DNA of 64,000 bases from Octopus vulgaris (Eukaryota). The position numbers were made by a program, and so were the translations under genes. Location: the NCBI GenBank assembly GCA_951406725.2, contig OX597816.1, positions 142,600,001-142,664,000 of the forward strand, read 5' to 3'. Shown piece by piece: positions 1-13,312 of the stretch; positions within the stretch are counted from its first letter, which is position 1; every line of letters starts with the position of its first letter. The notes beneath the pieces were generated by a model. That model ran no database searches and was not told the origin of the DNA. It saw only the letters and a list, made by a program, of their open reading frames with translations.

Positions 1-250
1 AGTGTGTGTGTTATGTTGGTTGCTTAAGTGAATTTTTCCAGTTATTTTAGTAACAAGCAACGAGGATATTTTAATAAGGATTTTTTGTGTGTTCATAAAT
101 GTATTTTTTTCTTTTTTATATGTTTAGTTTAAGTATAAAAACAGAAACAAATGTATTTACAAACATGAAAAATCCTTATTAAAATGTTCTTGCTGTTACT
201 AAAATAACTGGAAAAATTCACTTAAGCAACTAACACACAACGCATATACT
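1..250. repeat. Imperfect inverted repeat / MITE-like foldback (arms ~1-108 and ~150-250; may be cut by the window edge)
   Basis: GTTGCTTAAGTGAATTTTTCCAGTTATTTTAGTAAC near 19-54 is the reverse complement of GTTACTAAAATAACTGGAAAAATTCACTTAAGCAAC at ~195-230; similarity continues inward. Confidence 0.75.
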
Positions 251-439
251 CTCTTTCTCTCATGCACATATGCTTAAACACATGCACACACACACACACA
301 TGCTTAAAATCCTTCCAACACAGTTTTGGTAAAGTCTATTTTGTATGGCTGAATAACATTGACAAAAAAATACGACTAAAAGAAAATTGAGATAAAACTT
401 ACTTGGAAAAGGATGCGTTGCATTTGATCATATAATAAT

Positions 440-1084
440 ATAAATAATATATAAATATACACATATATACATATATGTGCATACCTACATATATATGTAT
501 ATATACATGCATATATGGGTACAGGACATCAAAAAACGTGGACAAAATGAGAAATGAGAACATAAAAAACAAAAATATAGAAAACAAACTTTTTTCGAAC
601 AATGAAAAAAAACCCCATAGAAATGAGATGTGCAACATAAAGAACATTCCCTTCATCAGTTGTCCCGTTTTATCTACTCCACGTTTCGAAGGTAAAGACA
701 AGACGTGTCTTCATTAAAACAGTCTTTCCCGCAAAACAAATTAAATAAAATTTGAGATTTTTTGCAGAGGGTGAAAGTGATAACAAAAACAGGACAGTGA
801 GAACAAAACAGTAAAACAAACGGTGAGGGTTATTAAGCCAAGACGATGTGAAGTGGTGAACACTGGAAAAACAAGCTTTGAGAAGAGACAGATAAAAGCA
901 CGTCTTGCCTTTATGAAGGAAGTGGAAGAAAGAAAGATGTATAGCCGTTAGTCACGTGAGAGCGAGAGAGTCAAGGAGGAAGAGTGAGAGAGAGAGGGAA
1001 CGGTGAAGGGGAGAGGATAAGAATAGGGAAAGGATGTGAGAGAAAAACAGAAATGAAGAAGAACAAGAGAGGGAGATAGATAGA
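440..1084 (-). mobile_element. Non-coding (TA)n-associated repeat, copy 1 (left arm of a head-to-head pair); probable non-autonomous Penelope-like element or pLTR
   Basis: Shares GGGTACAGGACATC, a hammerhead-core block and a CCGCAAA..AATTAAATAAAATT..TTTGCAG hairpin with copies at 1096-1730, 33317-34170 and 35290-35940; ends in a TA/TACA-rich tract. Boundaries approximate. Confidence 0.7.
649..707 (-). ncRNA. Hammerhead ribozyme-like RNA with non-circularly permuted strand order (copy 1)
   Basis: Minus strand: CACGU-C-UUGUC uuua CCUUC-GAA-ACGUG gaguagauaaaacgg GACAA-CUGAUGA-AGG. Stem III CACGU/ACGUG, GUC site, stem I UUGUC/GACAA, intact CUGAUGA and GAAA. Confidence 0.7.
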
Positions 1085-1095
1085 CAGAAAAGAGA

Positions 1096-1730
1096 TCTAT
1101 CTATCTCCCTCTCTTATTCTTCTTCATTTCTTCATTTCTCTCCCATCCTTTTTCTATTCTTCTCCTCTCCCCTTCACTGTTCCCTCTCTCTCGCTCACTC
1201 TTCTTCCTTGACTCTATCACTCACACGTGACTAACGGCCATCCATTTTTCTTTCTTCCACTTCCTTCCTAAAGATAAGATGTGTTTTTATCTGTCTCTTC
1301 TCAAAGCTTGTTTTTCCAGTGTTCACCACTTCACATCGTCTTGACTTAACAGCCCTCACCATTTGTTTTTACTGTTTTGTTCTCACTGTCCTCTTTTTGT
1401 TACCACTTTCACCTTCCGCAAAAAAGCCAAAATTTTATTTAATTTGCTTTGCGGGAAGGACTGTTTTAATGAAGATGCGTCTTGTCCTTCAAAACACGGA
1501 GTAGATAAAACAGGGAACAACTGATGAAGAGAATGTTCTTTATGTTGCATGTCTCATTTCTGTGATATTTCGTTGTTCAAAAAAAATTCGTTTTCAATGT
1601 TTTTGCTTTTTATGTTCTTGTTTCTCATTTTGTCCACATTTTTTGATGTTCTGTACCCATATATGCATGTATATATACATAGATATGTAGGTATGTACAT
1701 ATATGTATGTATATATGCGTACATTTATAT
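1096..1730 (+). mobile_element. Same non-coding repeat family, copy 2 (right arm of the head-to-head pair)
   Basis: Imperfect reverse complement of ~440-1084; 11-nt spacer at 1085-1095 between the arms. Confidence 0.7.
1476..1531 (+). ncRNA. Decayed permuted hammerhead-like motif (copy 2)
   Basis: TGCGT-C-TTGTC-CTTC-AAA-ACACG...GAACAA-CTGATGA-AG; G12 lost and stem III mismatches consistent with CpG decay. Confidence 0.5.
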
Positions 1731-2149
1731 GTAAAAGAAAATTGACCTCTTGAACTGTCATCGATTTCAACCATTCCAGATAGCATGACAACTGACCCAA
1801 AAATATCATGCAATTTCAACCATCTCAGAAAAAGACCCCTTTCTCTTTCTTTTTTTCCCTACCTCTATGCAAGCTTCCAAAAGTTCACCATACACATATA
1901 CATACACACACATAAATATATACACAGACCTATAGATTTAAAATAACAAAGAACATTCTCTTCCCAATTCAACTCCAGATGTTTTTCAACTAACTCACAT
2001 ATATATAAAAGGCATAAATTTTCCATTAAAAAAAAATCATTCTTGATGTATCTCTCAACATAGATAAATGTACTAAATAGATAATTATCCAAAATTCTGA
2101 GTACCTCCTTTTTCTTAATACATTCATACACACACATGCATGCACATAT

Positions 2150-2195
<46 letters not shown>

Positions 2196-2545
2196 ACTCA
2201 TACATATTCATATATATATATATGTTAAGATACTTGTAGAAAGATCATATTCAAATACTACTATTGTAAGTGTAAAAATGTGCTGCAATGAAGATAGAGC
2301 CTTGAAGTCATCATATGAATAATAGGGATGTTTTTTCATAGACCTTTGGGATCTGATGGATCTGTACTTAATTATCTCTGGTTAATACACCATTAAGCTT
2401 GTAGAAGATGAATCCAGATATGATGATGGCTTCTTGAAGTTTTCATCTCAACTTAGTATGGCAAATTAATCAAATACCTGTAAATTAAACAGTACTAGTG
2501 CTATTGTTGTTTGCTATAGAATGTTGCTTCTGCCATGTTGTATTT

Positions 2546-3090
2546 AATAATAATAATAATAATAATAATTGTGTACAGTGCTCAGGTGCACTACAACTCA
2601 TCTAAAGTGTATATATAATCAGGTGTAGTTTCGGCGGATTTCGGAAAGCATGAGGGCCTTAAAGGATGCAGTGTCATGGCAGTCAACAACTGACGCAGGC
2701 AGTTTATTCCATGCTTCAGCAACTCTGAGCGTGAAAAAATGTTTCCGAAAGTCATGGGAGCTGTGTTGTTTTCTGACTTTGCAGGCATGTCCACGTGTGT
2801 TAGACACATGGAGATCAAAAAGGTGTTCAGTGTTGTTGTTGGTGAGGTGGTTGATAACTTTGTGGGTGTTTACCAAGTCCGTCGCCAGATGCCGAAGCTT
2901 CAGTGAATCCATGCCCAGGGAAACAAGGCGCTCAGAATATGGTAGGTGTCTGATGGAGGGTATGCGGTTGGTTGCACGTCTCTGGACAGATTCCAGGAGG
3001 TCAATGTTCTGAGCAAGATAAGGGTTCCAAACTGATGATGCGAATTCCAAGTGTGGTCGTACCATAGCTGTATACAGTTTTAAATAAATG
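2546..3090 (-). mobile_element. CR1-type LINE, 5'-truncated 3' end (ORF2 C-terminus, 3' UTR, (TTA)n tail)
   Basis: ORF 2619-3065 VRPHLEFASSVWNP..LESVQRRAT..YSERL..RGH..RKHFFTLRVAEAWNKLP is the typical CR1 ORF2 tail; followed by GTGCACCTGAGCACTGTACAC and (TTA)n. Confidence 0.9.
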
Positions 3091-4795
3091 TCTGAGACTT
3101 GTGTTCCTTACAAACACAATGCAATATTAGTCATGAAGCATAAATAAACAACAGATCATGTGATTCATTCCTGGACTCAACAGAGTTCAATACAAGAAAG
3201 AACAATCAAGGAAACCAAGGAAAGTTTATTTGTATATCTAAAGAATATAAGATGAAGTATCACAGACAGGAGTATACATATATGCAGCACTATTGGTATG
3301 GCAGGTTTTCTATGGCTGGATGCCCTTCCTGATGCCAACTCTCACCTGTTTCCAAGTGAGAAATGACCATATTTCATTATTGCAAAATCTTCATCAAAAA
3401 ATTAATGAGGTTGTATAAAAGATTGATGATAAGGATAGCAGCAATAGATTCATTTCATTCATTATTGTCATTGCTGCTGAATTATAAGATTACTGTATAT
3501 GTGAAGTCAGTTCACCAACTGAGAATATATATAAAACTGAGCATATGTATAAAAAGACAGAAGACAATAAGCCAAAGGACTGTATAATGCTCTAATGTCT
3601 GCTTTAGCATGGTTTCTATGGCTGGATGCCCTTCCTGACACCAACCACTTCACAGAGTGTACTGGGTGCTTTCTATGTGGCACTGGCATGATGGAGATCA
3701 CAAGAAGCTCACAAGACCACCTCAACTGAGGTGGGAGAGGTGTAGTATAAATATATAATAAGAAAAAGTATAATGTATAACAGAAGGTGTGCAGTTAAAA
3801 TGTTCAGTAAAACACAGTTCAACTTATGATATAAAAGCAACAGCAATAAGAACAAAAGAAAATATTGTGTGGAATCAAATACAATTCATCTTCAGAATAT
3901 GGAAAAGTTAATATGAATGGAAATATTTGAAATATTGTCAGAGTTCAAAAGTTCAACAAAACTGTCTGTGAAGAAATATTTTAAACAATAATTTGTGTCT
4001 GTGTGTTTCTATCCATAGTAATGTGTGTGTGTGTGTGTGTAAAGGTGTTCCTTTCAGTCTCAAACTGTGTCTGCAGAGAGAACATTGTATTGAACATTAT
4101 ATATGCATATATGTTATAACATGCTTGTTATTTTTATGGTGTTTGCTTGGTGGTGGTGGTGGTGGTGGACTGTGAAACATGGTTGACTATATATCTGCAC
4201 CTGTATCTGTAGGCATGGGTATTTTTTTTTCTTTTTGTGGAAAACTGGAAATTGCTAATTCATACAAGTTTTCTCTCTTCACACCACTGATGTTGTCCAA
4301 GGGAAGGGCTATCACTTTTAGGCCAATACATATTGCAAGGCATCTCATCCAATGCTTTAATAGTTCTGTTAATCTGCTGCCCTTGAAAGGTACTTTTTCA
4401 TTGACACCAAAAAGAATGAAAGACAGTTAACTTTGGTGAGATTTGAATACAGAACACAAAGAGTCAAGACAAATACTACAAGGTAGTCCATCCAATGCTC
4501 TAATAACTCTGTCACTTCATTTGCTACCTTACATGTTTGTTACTATGTGATAATGTGTGTGTATGCATTGCAATGTGTGTGAAGAATCAAGATGTCATGT
4601 GGTACAGATTGATTATGCAAAATGTAATCTCTGTATGTCAGAAGCCATGTGTGAGAACACATTCTTCTCATAGAATGTGACACTGTGTATGCATGTATGA
4701 AGTAATGTGGGGAGAGACACAAAATCAAATATTATGGAATAACTGCACAAACCTACAATTCTATTCATCAGTGTAGAGAGTTTGGGAGAAAAATA

Positions 4796-5306
4796 CTGTA
4801 AATCCTCGAGTATAATCTACATTTTTTCCCAAAATTTAAAGGTCAAAATCCCTAGTGCATACTATATACAAGGTTAAAAATGAAAATTATTTTCTAAGTA
4901 ATGTCCGAGTCTCTCTTTGCTGTCCGGCAATGTTTATTCAGACATATTTTATGATGTCGGGCACGAAAATACCTTAAGCTAAGCCTGAAAGCAATGAAGT
5001 CATAAAAGAATCATCCATAACTTGCAGTAAGCAACATTTATTAAACGTTATTACTGTTATTTCTTTATTTTCTGCAAACAAAATGCACAAAAAAGCTACA
5101 CATTTGCATTATGTTATATATACAATAATAATAAAGGATGTTACTGTATACATTTTTACAAACCAAAGACGTCATATAGACCTCCTTGACTCAAATTAGA
5201 GAAGGGGTGCATATTATACACAAGGTTTAGGTTTTTCAGAGGTACAGTCCCCTAAAGATCCCCTGCATATTTTACTCAAGGGCGGACAATACTCGAGGAC
5301 TTACGG
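4796..5306. mobile_element. Tc1/mariner (pogo/Tigger-like) MITE
   Basis: TIRs CTGTAAATCCTCGAGTAT / ATACTCGAGGACTTACGG, flanked by TA at 4794-4795 and 5307-5308; internal repeats GCATACTATATACAAGG / GCATATTATACACAAGG. Confidence 0.8.
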
Positions 5307-8300
5307 TAAGCAAGAGTGACAGAGTGAAATGAGAGACTGAGTGTGGGGTATAATCGTCTTTTCCTTGCTTTGAAATGGGGTATGGGGTCCTGCCTCAATG
5401 ACAATTTCAATAGCCAGTCACAAACCAAGTCTTTTATAATGTGAGAAAATTGAAAATAATTCTGGACATGCTTGAACGACACCCATCAAATGGTTAAAAT
5501 TAAAGTCAAAATCTGTCTGGAACCTTGTGTGTGAATGGAAAAAAAGAAAAGAACTCTGAAATGAAGTGACGGTATGAAAACAAATTGTTTAAGCAAGCAT
5601 TAAGATCTTAGAAAGGGGCTGAGCTGTCAGCTATATATCTATATTACAAAGCAATATTTCAATAACTTGGTACTCAAAGAATATTAAGGAGTTTAATTGA
5701 CTTTTTACTAAAAGCTTCCCATCACACAAAAATAAAAAGATAAAGAGAAAATCACCTGGAAACAATATGGTATCTGCATATACAACTTCCAAGCAATCCA
5801 GATAAATTATTCATAAAAACTGATATAGTGGGGAGAAGCCTACACAAGTTGACAAAAGCTTCAGGCCCTCAGCAAACAATGTTTGAAAAGACATTATCCA
5901 AAAATGAATAGACAATGTATGATGACTACCTTCAATGGATAGAGCAGTCACTTTAGAAAGTAGTAAAGCACGATGGCTTTAGTTCTGATGGTATAAATAA
6001 AACTAAAGAATAAATCTCAAAGAATTAGAAATGGAAGAGAAAATGGTATGGTAAGTGCAATGACAAAGGAACCTGGCCATATTCGATGGTGTCAGTCCTG
6101 TTTTGCAATCATTTGTATATATTTGTTTTTACTTTTCTCTTTTATGCTCTTTTCTATATATTTCTTTTCAGACTCTTTACCCCTTCTTTCCTTATTTGCC
6201 TCTATCTCTCCTCATCTCCCTCTTTGTATGTATATAAATAAATGTACACTGACCAGTATCTGAAAATGCTAACTTTGTGTGTGTGTGTGGATTTGGCCAG
6301 TTTGCACATAAAGCAGGAAGAATATCTTCACCAGTTATGGGTCAGCTTAAATGCTAAAGGGCTAATTTATTGCTGATGCTATAATACATATACCTGTGAG
6401 TGTGTGTGTGCTTGTGTTTATAATAGCTGGAAGTGGTTGTGATAAAAGTGGATTATGATGCTGTTAGTATTCATAGCAGTAATGACATGAAAATGGCAAT
6501 TCTGAAACTTGTCTCACATTTCTTTTTAAAAGATTTCCCCTCCACTCTTTTCCCACCAAAAAACCCCCTATTTCCCCCAGAACTAATTTACAGTTTGCAG
6601 TTCTTGTATCTCTGTCTGTCGTCTTCATCATCTTCACCCTTGCAAGCATCATCACTCCTCTTCATGGCACAAGAATCTTTCTCACCCCAATGTCAGCAGT
6701 TGAGATGGTATTGTCATCATTATCATCACCATTATCTTCATCATCATTACAGCCACCACCACCACCACCATTACCATTATCTCTACTTATATAGTCTCCA
6801 GTGTCCATAATCAGCAATTACCTAAATTCCTGCTGTCTTCTAATCCCACCTGAAATCACTTCAAATTTCTACAAAACATACTCACACACACACACATATA
6901 TATTTATAAAGATGGATTTAGTGATTTCACTTGATGGGTAATCTGTATATCTTACAACTACTACTTTGCTTCTGTGTATGTGTGTGTGCAAGTATGTTTG
7001 TATTTATGATATTGTAAAGTTGGACATTTTGCCTTCTTAATCTTATCAACCATTTGATAAAATATTCATATAAAACCCATCTTCTCCTTTATTGTTAATA
7101 CCATACCTTGCTTTACTTGTCTTACTCTGGCTTATCATAAGTATGCTCTATGTGAAACCTTAGAAACATTTTATTCCTTTGCACACTCAGCATCAGTTAA
7201 TCAAATCAGTATGTGTTATGTGGCTTTTATCTATTATTTATATTTCTTTACTGTCTGTTTACCTTATGTATTCTTGATCAACACTACTTGAGACACATGT
7301 AGCGTTATAAACATTTTATTTAGTAGCAAACTCTTATTAATAACCCATCAAATAAACTGAATATATGTCCACATATCTGAATAATGTAAACTAGTGTTTC
7401 TCATAGGAGGAGTTCAGTGAGGCTGTGTAAATAGGGAAGTACCAAACCTATTTGCTTATATAGACACAAAGTCTCAAATTTTTGGGAAGGGAGAAGTTGA
7501 TCATATGGAACCCAGTACTCAAATGGGATTGATATAATATAAAGATAGTGGATTTTGTCAATCCACTACCCTTAAAACATTAATTTAATAAACATATAAA
7601 TGCCATTTTTTCTTAGATATCATCTTCTGATCCACACACCCAACTCACACAAACTCTTAGCATGCAATCTTCCAACTTTCCCAGGAAAACCTTCCAATTA
7701 TCATTAAAATACACTTGCATACCAACAAAGAGAGCAAAATAAATAAAAAAACAAAAACCTAAAAGAACAAAAACAAAACTCTTTCAAAACAAAAAAAACA
7801 TAATGAGTTTCACCATGAAACAGAATCAAGGATTATAGAATTCAATGATATCATAATCACCAAAATAGAAACTGGAATATATAGATATTCAATAAAATAA
7901 TTATAGATATATTGCAAAACATATTCCACAAGGTAACATAAAAAGAATACAACCCCAACTGCACACCAGAAATAGCTGATGTCATAAAACCAAAGACAAC
8001 TTCAAATGCAATACACCAAAATCACGCACAACCAAAATAAACTCAGCACCAAATGACTAAACAAAACAATAACAAAAAAAAAAAAAACTGAGAAGAATAG
8101 AAAAATGAAGCTGGTAAATATTTATATCCAAGCTAAACCATAAAACTAACAATGTAATGAACTCTCACAAGACATATGTATAACGTCCAGACATCTAAGT
8201 AGCAATGTCCAAAAAAAAAAAAGACTATCTCTCCATTCAGCCCAGACAAGAAATAGGAATATATACATACAGAAAAAATAGCTGCAACAACTATAGCTCT

Positions 8301-9208
8301 AAAACTTGTGTGAGGTGTACACTATAGTGTACAGTAAGTAAAGAGGAACAGCAACTGCTGATCTTTAATCAAGTCACCTTGTTTACATCTGCTAGGGCCA
8401 CAACCAGAATCTATGAGTGCAATGAGTGCACAGGGAGAGACTGGATAAAGGAGAGAGTGGAAATGTCCATTTGATTCACAAGTGAATGTCAGACTATGTA
8501 ATAGGGTTCTCAGATGGGGTTGGGTGGGATGGATGGGCATATTATAACTGGAAAAACAAACCTGTGGGTCACATCTTATCATTTGGTTGACTACCCACAT
8601 ACCATAAGCCTGCTCAATCAGGGCTGACAACAATAACCTGAACATTGTAAATAGAATATTCATTGCTCTCTCATTCATGCTCACCTTTCTCTTTTTCTTT
8701 GTGTTTCTTTATTTACAGCCTTTTCAAATATTTACTAAAAGTAGTTGGAGACAAAATTGGGAGTAATATTTACTAATGGTAGTTGGGGAGAGGGAGTTGG
8801 GAAAATTTTCACACACACAAATAAATAAATAAATAAACTTACAGCTCCTTGTTTCATGTCAGTTTCTTTTATTTAGTGGTTCATGGGGAATTCACAAAGT
8901 ATTGACAGGGAGTGGGAGAACTAAAAGCTTCAGGTTTAAGTAGAGGGTAAAAGACAGGTCATCTTAGCTAAGCTGACATCTTTACAAGCTATACATACAG
9001 GAGAATTTGAAGTTGTGTCTGTAGACTAACAAAACATTCATCAATATTTTAGTATTTCTGTTGTTGCTTATACCGCCTATTTACAGCCAGGTACATTTCT
9101 GTGCCAACTGAGTATCCAGTGAGTGTCTTGACCATCAGCATTTCAGCTGGCAACTCTAATACCTTGCCAATTGAAAGGACCAGCACTTTAATCTTAAAAC
9201 TATTGCAC

Positions 9209-9253
<45 letters not shown>

Positions 9254-10229
9254 GTGGAGTTGTCTTCATTGTCATCACCATTAATACTGTCATCTTTCTC
9301 ATTACTACTGCTACCACCACACCACCATCACCACCATCACCATCAACATCCTCATTATTATCAGCATCATTGTCATCATTATCATGAGCCAATAAGATAG
9401 TTTCTATGTGGTTGGAAATCACAACCAAATCTTCTTCAAATCACACTGCGCTATCTTAAAGAAATAAAGATACATTTGATGTACTGTGTCTAAAACAGAA
9501 CAAGATGTTCATACCAAAGACCCTCTAATCACAGTTAACATGGAATTAAATAACAAATCATCATTACTATAATCTTCATCAGGTTCATCAGCTCCAGCAA
9601 TACCACATTAAATTCTAAAAATATATGTATGACTTAGAAAATGAAGAGCAGAGTAGATGACCTTTTATTTTTGCAGGGCATTTATTTAATACTTGTATGA
9701 GGAAAAAGCTGAACTAACTATAGCTAATGGTTTAATCACTTAGATCAGTTACTTGACCTTCAGAGTCAGATGATGGTCACAAACCAAGTGCTGGAGTGAC
9801 TTGACCTTGCCAAGAGCCAGATGATGGTGACAATCCAAGTGCTGGATTAATTCTAACCCTCCATCAAGACCAGGTATAATCAATCTAACAGTTCCCATCT
9901 ATACAATTTCAAACACAATGTATGTTTCAATCTGAGTCTATAGTAGAAAACACTTGCCCTAGACTGGAACTATGTGATTTGAAAGCAAACATCTTAACCA
10001 CCCTACCACATCTACATCCATGTATTGATGCAAATGTCGATGATGTCTTATTACAGTCAACTTTGCCTTTTATCCTTTGGAGGTAAATAAATAAGTAGCA
10101 GTTAATTACTGAGGTCTATTTTTAATTATTTCTTTCCTAATAAACTTCATTTGAGGACAATTTTGCTGCTATTTCAAACAGGTCCTGAGCTTTATAGAGT
10201 CTCTCTTGTTGATTCAAACCACATTATCT

Positions 10230-10487
10230 AATCTGACCCTTTAAATAGAGATATTTGGTTATTTGGTTGGGTATTATTTGAGGTAGATTTGGTGGAGTGC
10301 ACCCTTCAAAACTTCCATGCTTCCTGAGATTCGCCAACACTACACCTGATTTTCTCCCCTCCATACACACGCAAGCATGTATCTGACTGATACACTGTTC
10401 ACTTCCCAGACATTTGTACATTAATGCATATGCTTTATATGCACTTTTGACAAGTTGTGGTGCACCTGAGCACTGTACACAATAATT

Positions 10488-10540
<53 letters not shown>
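10230..10540 (+). mobile_element. CR1-type LINE 3' end fragment with (TTA)n tail
   Basis: CATGCTTCCTGAGATTCGCCAACACTACACCTGA and GTGCACCTGAGCACTGTACAC match the 3' end of the CR1 at 2546-3090; ends in a long (TTA)n. A more decayed copy ends near 53960. Confidence 0.75.
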
Positions 10541-10542
<2 letters not shown>

Positions 10543-11408
10543 ATACATCACAGGCATTGTTTCTGTTGTTTACCTCAAGTCAACTCTGATTTAGATCTAC
10601 ACATACATTCTTTGTGCAGCCGTTCAGTCTTTCTTTTATCAGATATACTGTATCTAGAACCCCATTATTCACTGTATGGGATGTGATCTGAGGAAGAGTT
10701 GTCATTTCTAGCAGACCGAAGGAGCAGAGGATCCCTTACTGTCTCTGTTAGGACTGATCCAAAACGTTCCCCCTTTTAGACGCTGTTTATCTAACACCAC
10801 ATTGATTGTGTATTTTAAAAGTAATAATGTAATTTGAGGGAGATTTGGCAGCTATTTCTAGCAGGTCGAACGAATTCGCGAAGGCCCTCTTTTTGGCTAA
10901 ATATTTCTTAAGCTGTTTAGCTCCAAATTAGTACTAATTAAGTAGACTGCTGATCCCAGGCATTTTGGCCTTCAATATACTGCCTCTTTAAGGGTATGTA
11001 AGACTGGATTAACTTGATTTTTACTTTTTTTTAAAAAAGAAAATAGGGGGTGATTTGAAGGAATTCGACTGCTATGTCTACCATGTCAAACAACCACGTC
11101 GAGACGCTGTCGTTGACCCTAAATTCCCACCAGTTGACACCCCTGCTCACCTTCAGGCCATGCTGTTGACAATATAAAAAGTAGTTCAGACACGTAAACA
11201 ACGTATTAAGAAAAAAGTTTTCTTTTTTACAGTTTATTATTATTTTCCTTAGTAAAATTGTAATGGGACACGCTATTGTCGTCATGTTTTTGGAGAGGTT
11301 TAACTGCTGCTGTGCTACCGCTGTTAATGATACTACTATTACAACTTGTGTCACCCTCAGAGACTACTACTAGATATAAAGCCACGTCGTATAATCTCTT
11401 TCTTTTCT

Positions 11409-11436
11409 CCGACGAGGGGCACCGCCCAAAACGTTA
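11409..11436 (+). ncRNA. Degenerate minimal type I hammerhead-like motif
   Basis: CCGACGA-GGGGC-ACC-GCCC-AAAAC-GTTA; U4>C and G12>A relative to consensus, probably inactive. Confidence 0.3.
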
Positions 11437-13196
11437 CACTTCCTCATCTGTCTCATTGCACATCGACCCTACACTTCTTTTGATTTTCCACAAAACGATC
11501 CATGTCAAACATAGATACACACTCTCTCACTTTCTCTCTCTTTCTTTCTTATTTTTCACTTACATAATAACAGTTACTTTTGGACTTAGTACAAACGTCG
11601 TCTGTATTGAGGTTATTATTGATTAACCTCAGGTCGACTCTGATTAACAGACCTTTGATCTAAGACGCTTCAGCAACTGATCATCGTATTTTTTGTATAT
11701 CAAGGACTATATTATCTAATATGTGTGCAGTAAGGGTTTATTTGGAGAAGATTTGGCTGCTATTTCTAAGTGGTGATCAATTAGTTATGAGAAGATCGCC
11801 TTCAAGCCGGTCGAACAATCAATCACGTAGAAGCATCTCTGTTGGCTCATAGCAGCAGAGTATATGAAGTAGCTTCAACCGGGAAATGAAACAGCATTCT
11901 CGACCCTGACATGCCGGGAGTTTATCTCTATGCTCCTACAATCGCCACTTCAGACTTAATTTATGGTTATAATTTTTAATATGGGCACAAGAATAAAAAC
12001 AGTGGATTCAATCAGTCTCACTGATTTTATCGATCTGGTGGGGCGGAAATGTAATGTCGACCTCGGCGAAATTTGAACTTACGTTTCAAGTTCAAATTCT
12101 GCTGGACGGATGTTTTGGGTTGTTTCATTTATGTATTAATACGCCGGTAGGGTTACTCTTGAGAGTATGTATATGTAGTAGAAACACACCATACAGGACG
12201 GGTAATAAATGTGTCAACAACCAACTTGTTTTGTATTTGTGTATCAGTAAACGAATATTTCTGCCAGCGAACACACGCACACACATTTATCCTACAAATA
12301 GTAATAAAATGTATAGCCAAGTATTATAGTTTAATGACATGAAAAATATTTCTATATTTTGTCACCTGAAGATTTGTTTAGATATCCTTGTCTATTTGAA
12401 GTAGTTAGATTCCCACTATGTAATTGAAGTTAATCATATCAAATTTGTTATTATCTAAAATATTGATGTTGTTTTATTTATTAAGTACCAAACGTCATAT
12501 TTTGATGGGAGAGAAGTTGAGGTGTTCATGCATTTCCAATTCGTATGAGTGTCATAAATGAAGTGAGTTGGGTGACAATGACGGGAATCCGAAACCCTGT
12601 TGCGTGGTTTTAGCGTACCACAAGATCTACGGCTGTTCGTCTGCCTTCTGAGATAGTATTTATTGAATTGAATTCTCAGGGTAAAAAAAAAATATATATA
12701 TATATGTATATATATGCAGATATATTGATTGCTAGACAATAAATATAAATATAAGTTAAAATAAAGAAATAATTATGTGAGAAATTACAATGATTACCTT
12801 AGAATCGAGACCTACTTTTTGTTTTTGTTTTAGGCGGAAGGTTATACGGTGTAACGTTATGCTTTTGCCAATGTTAGTTGTCAATGTGCAAGATAAAGAA
12901 AAGGAAAAGAAAAAGTAAAGGAGAGCAGAACCTGCTTGACACTTGGCTGATGCAGGAGAAGCTTGGTGGTGATATGGCAGCGGCAACTTGTTACACACGT
13001 TCCGCTGTTGCTGCTCGTTTCTCCAATGTACATAGTAGAATAATAATAACAACAGTAATTACAATGATGTTGTTGAGTTGGTGGCACCAGTAAACCAAAT
13101 ATTGTGCTAAAGAACGAAAAAAAAAAAAGAAAGGAAAAAAACTATTTATACAACTAAACGAACAACAGCACCACAAGTTGCTGTTGATTAGTGTGC

Positions 13197-13241
<45 letters not shown>

Positions 13242-13312
13242 TCTCTGTCGTGTGACCGTCGCAAAGTGCTATTAATATTTCCATCTACCTTTTTCCTCCT
13301 CTTTACATCGTC

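Noticed and set aside
6433-6810. His/Ser-rich ORF (also 9101-9428)
   Set aside because: Produced by (CAT/CAC)n and (GT)n microsatellites.
7620-8700. A-rich stretch and 120-aa minus ORF, possibly an old retroelement
   Set aside because: No diagnostic motif could be read in any frame.
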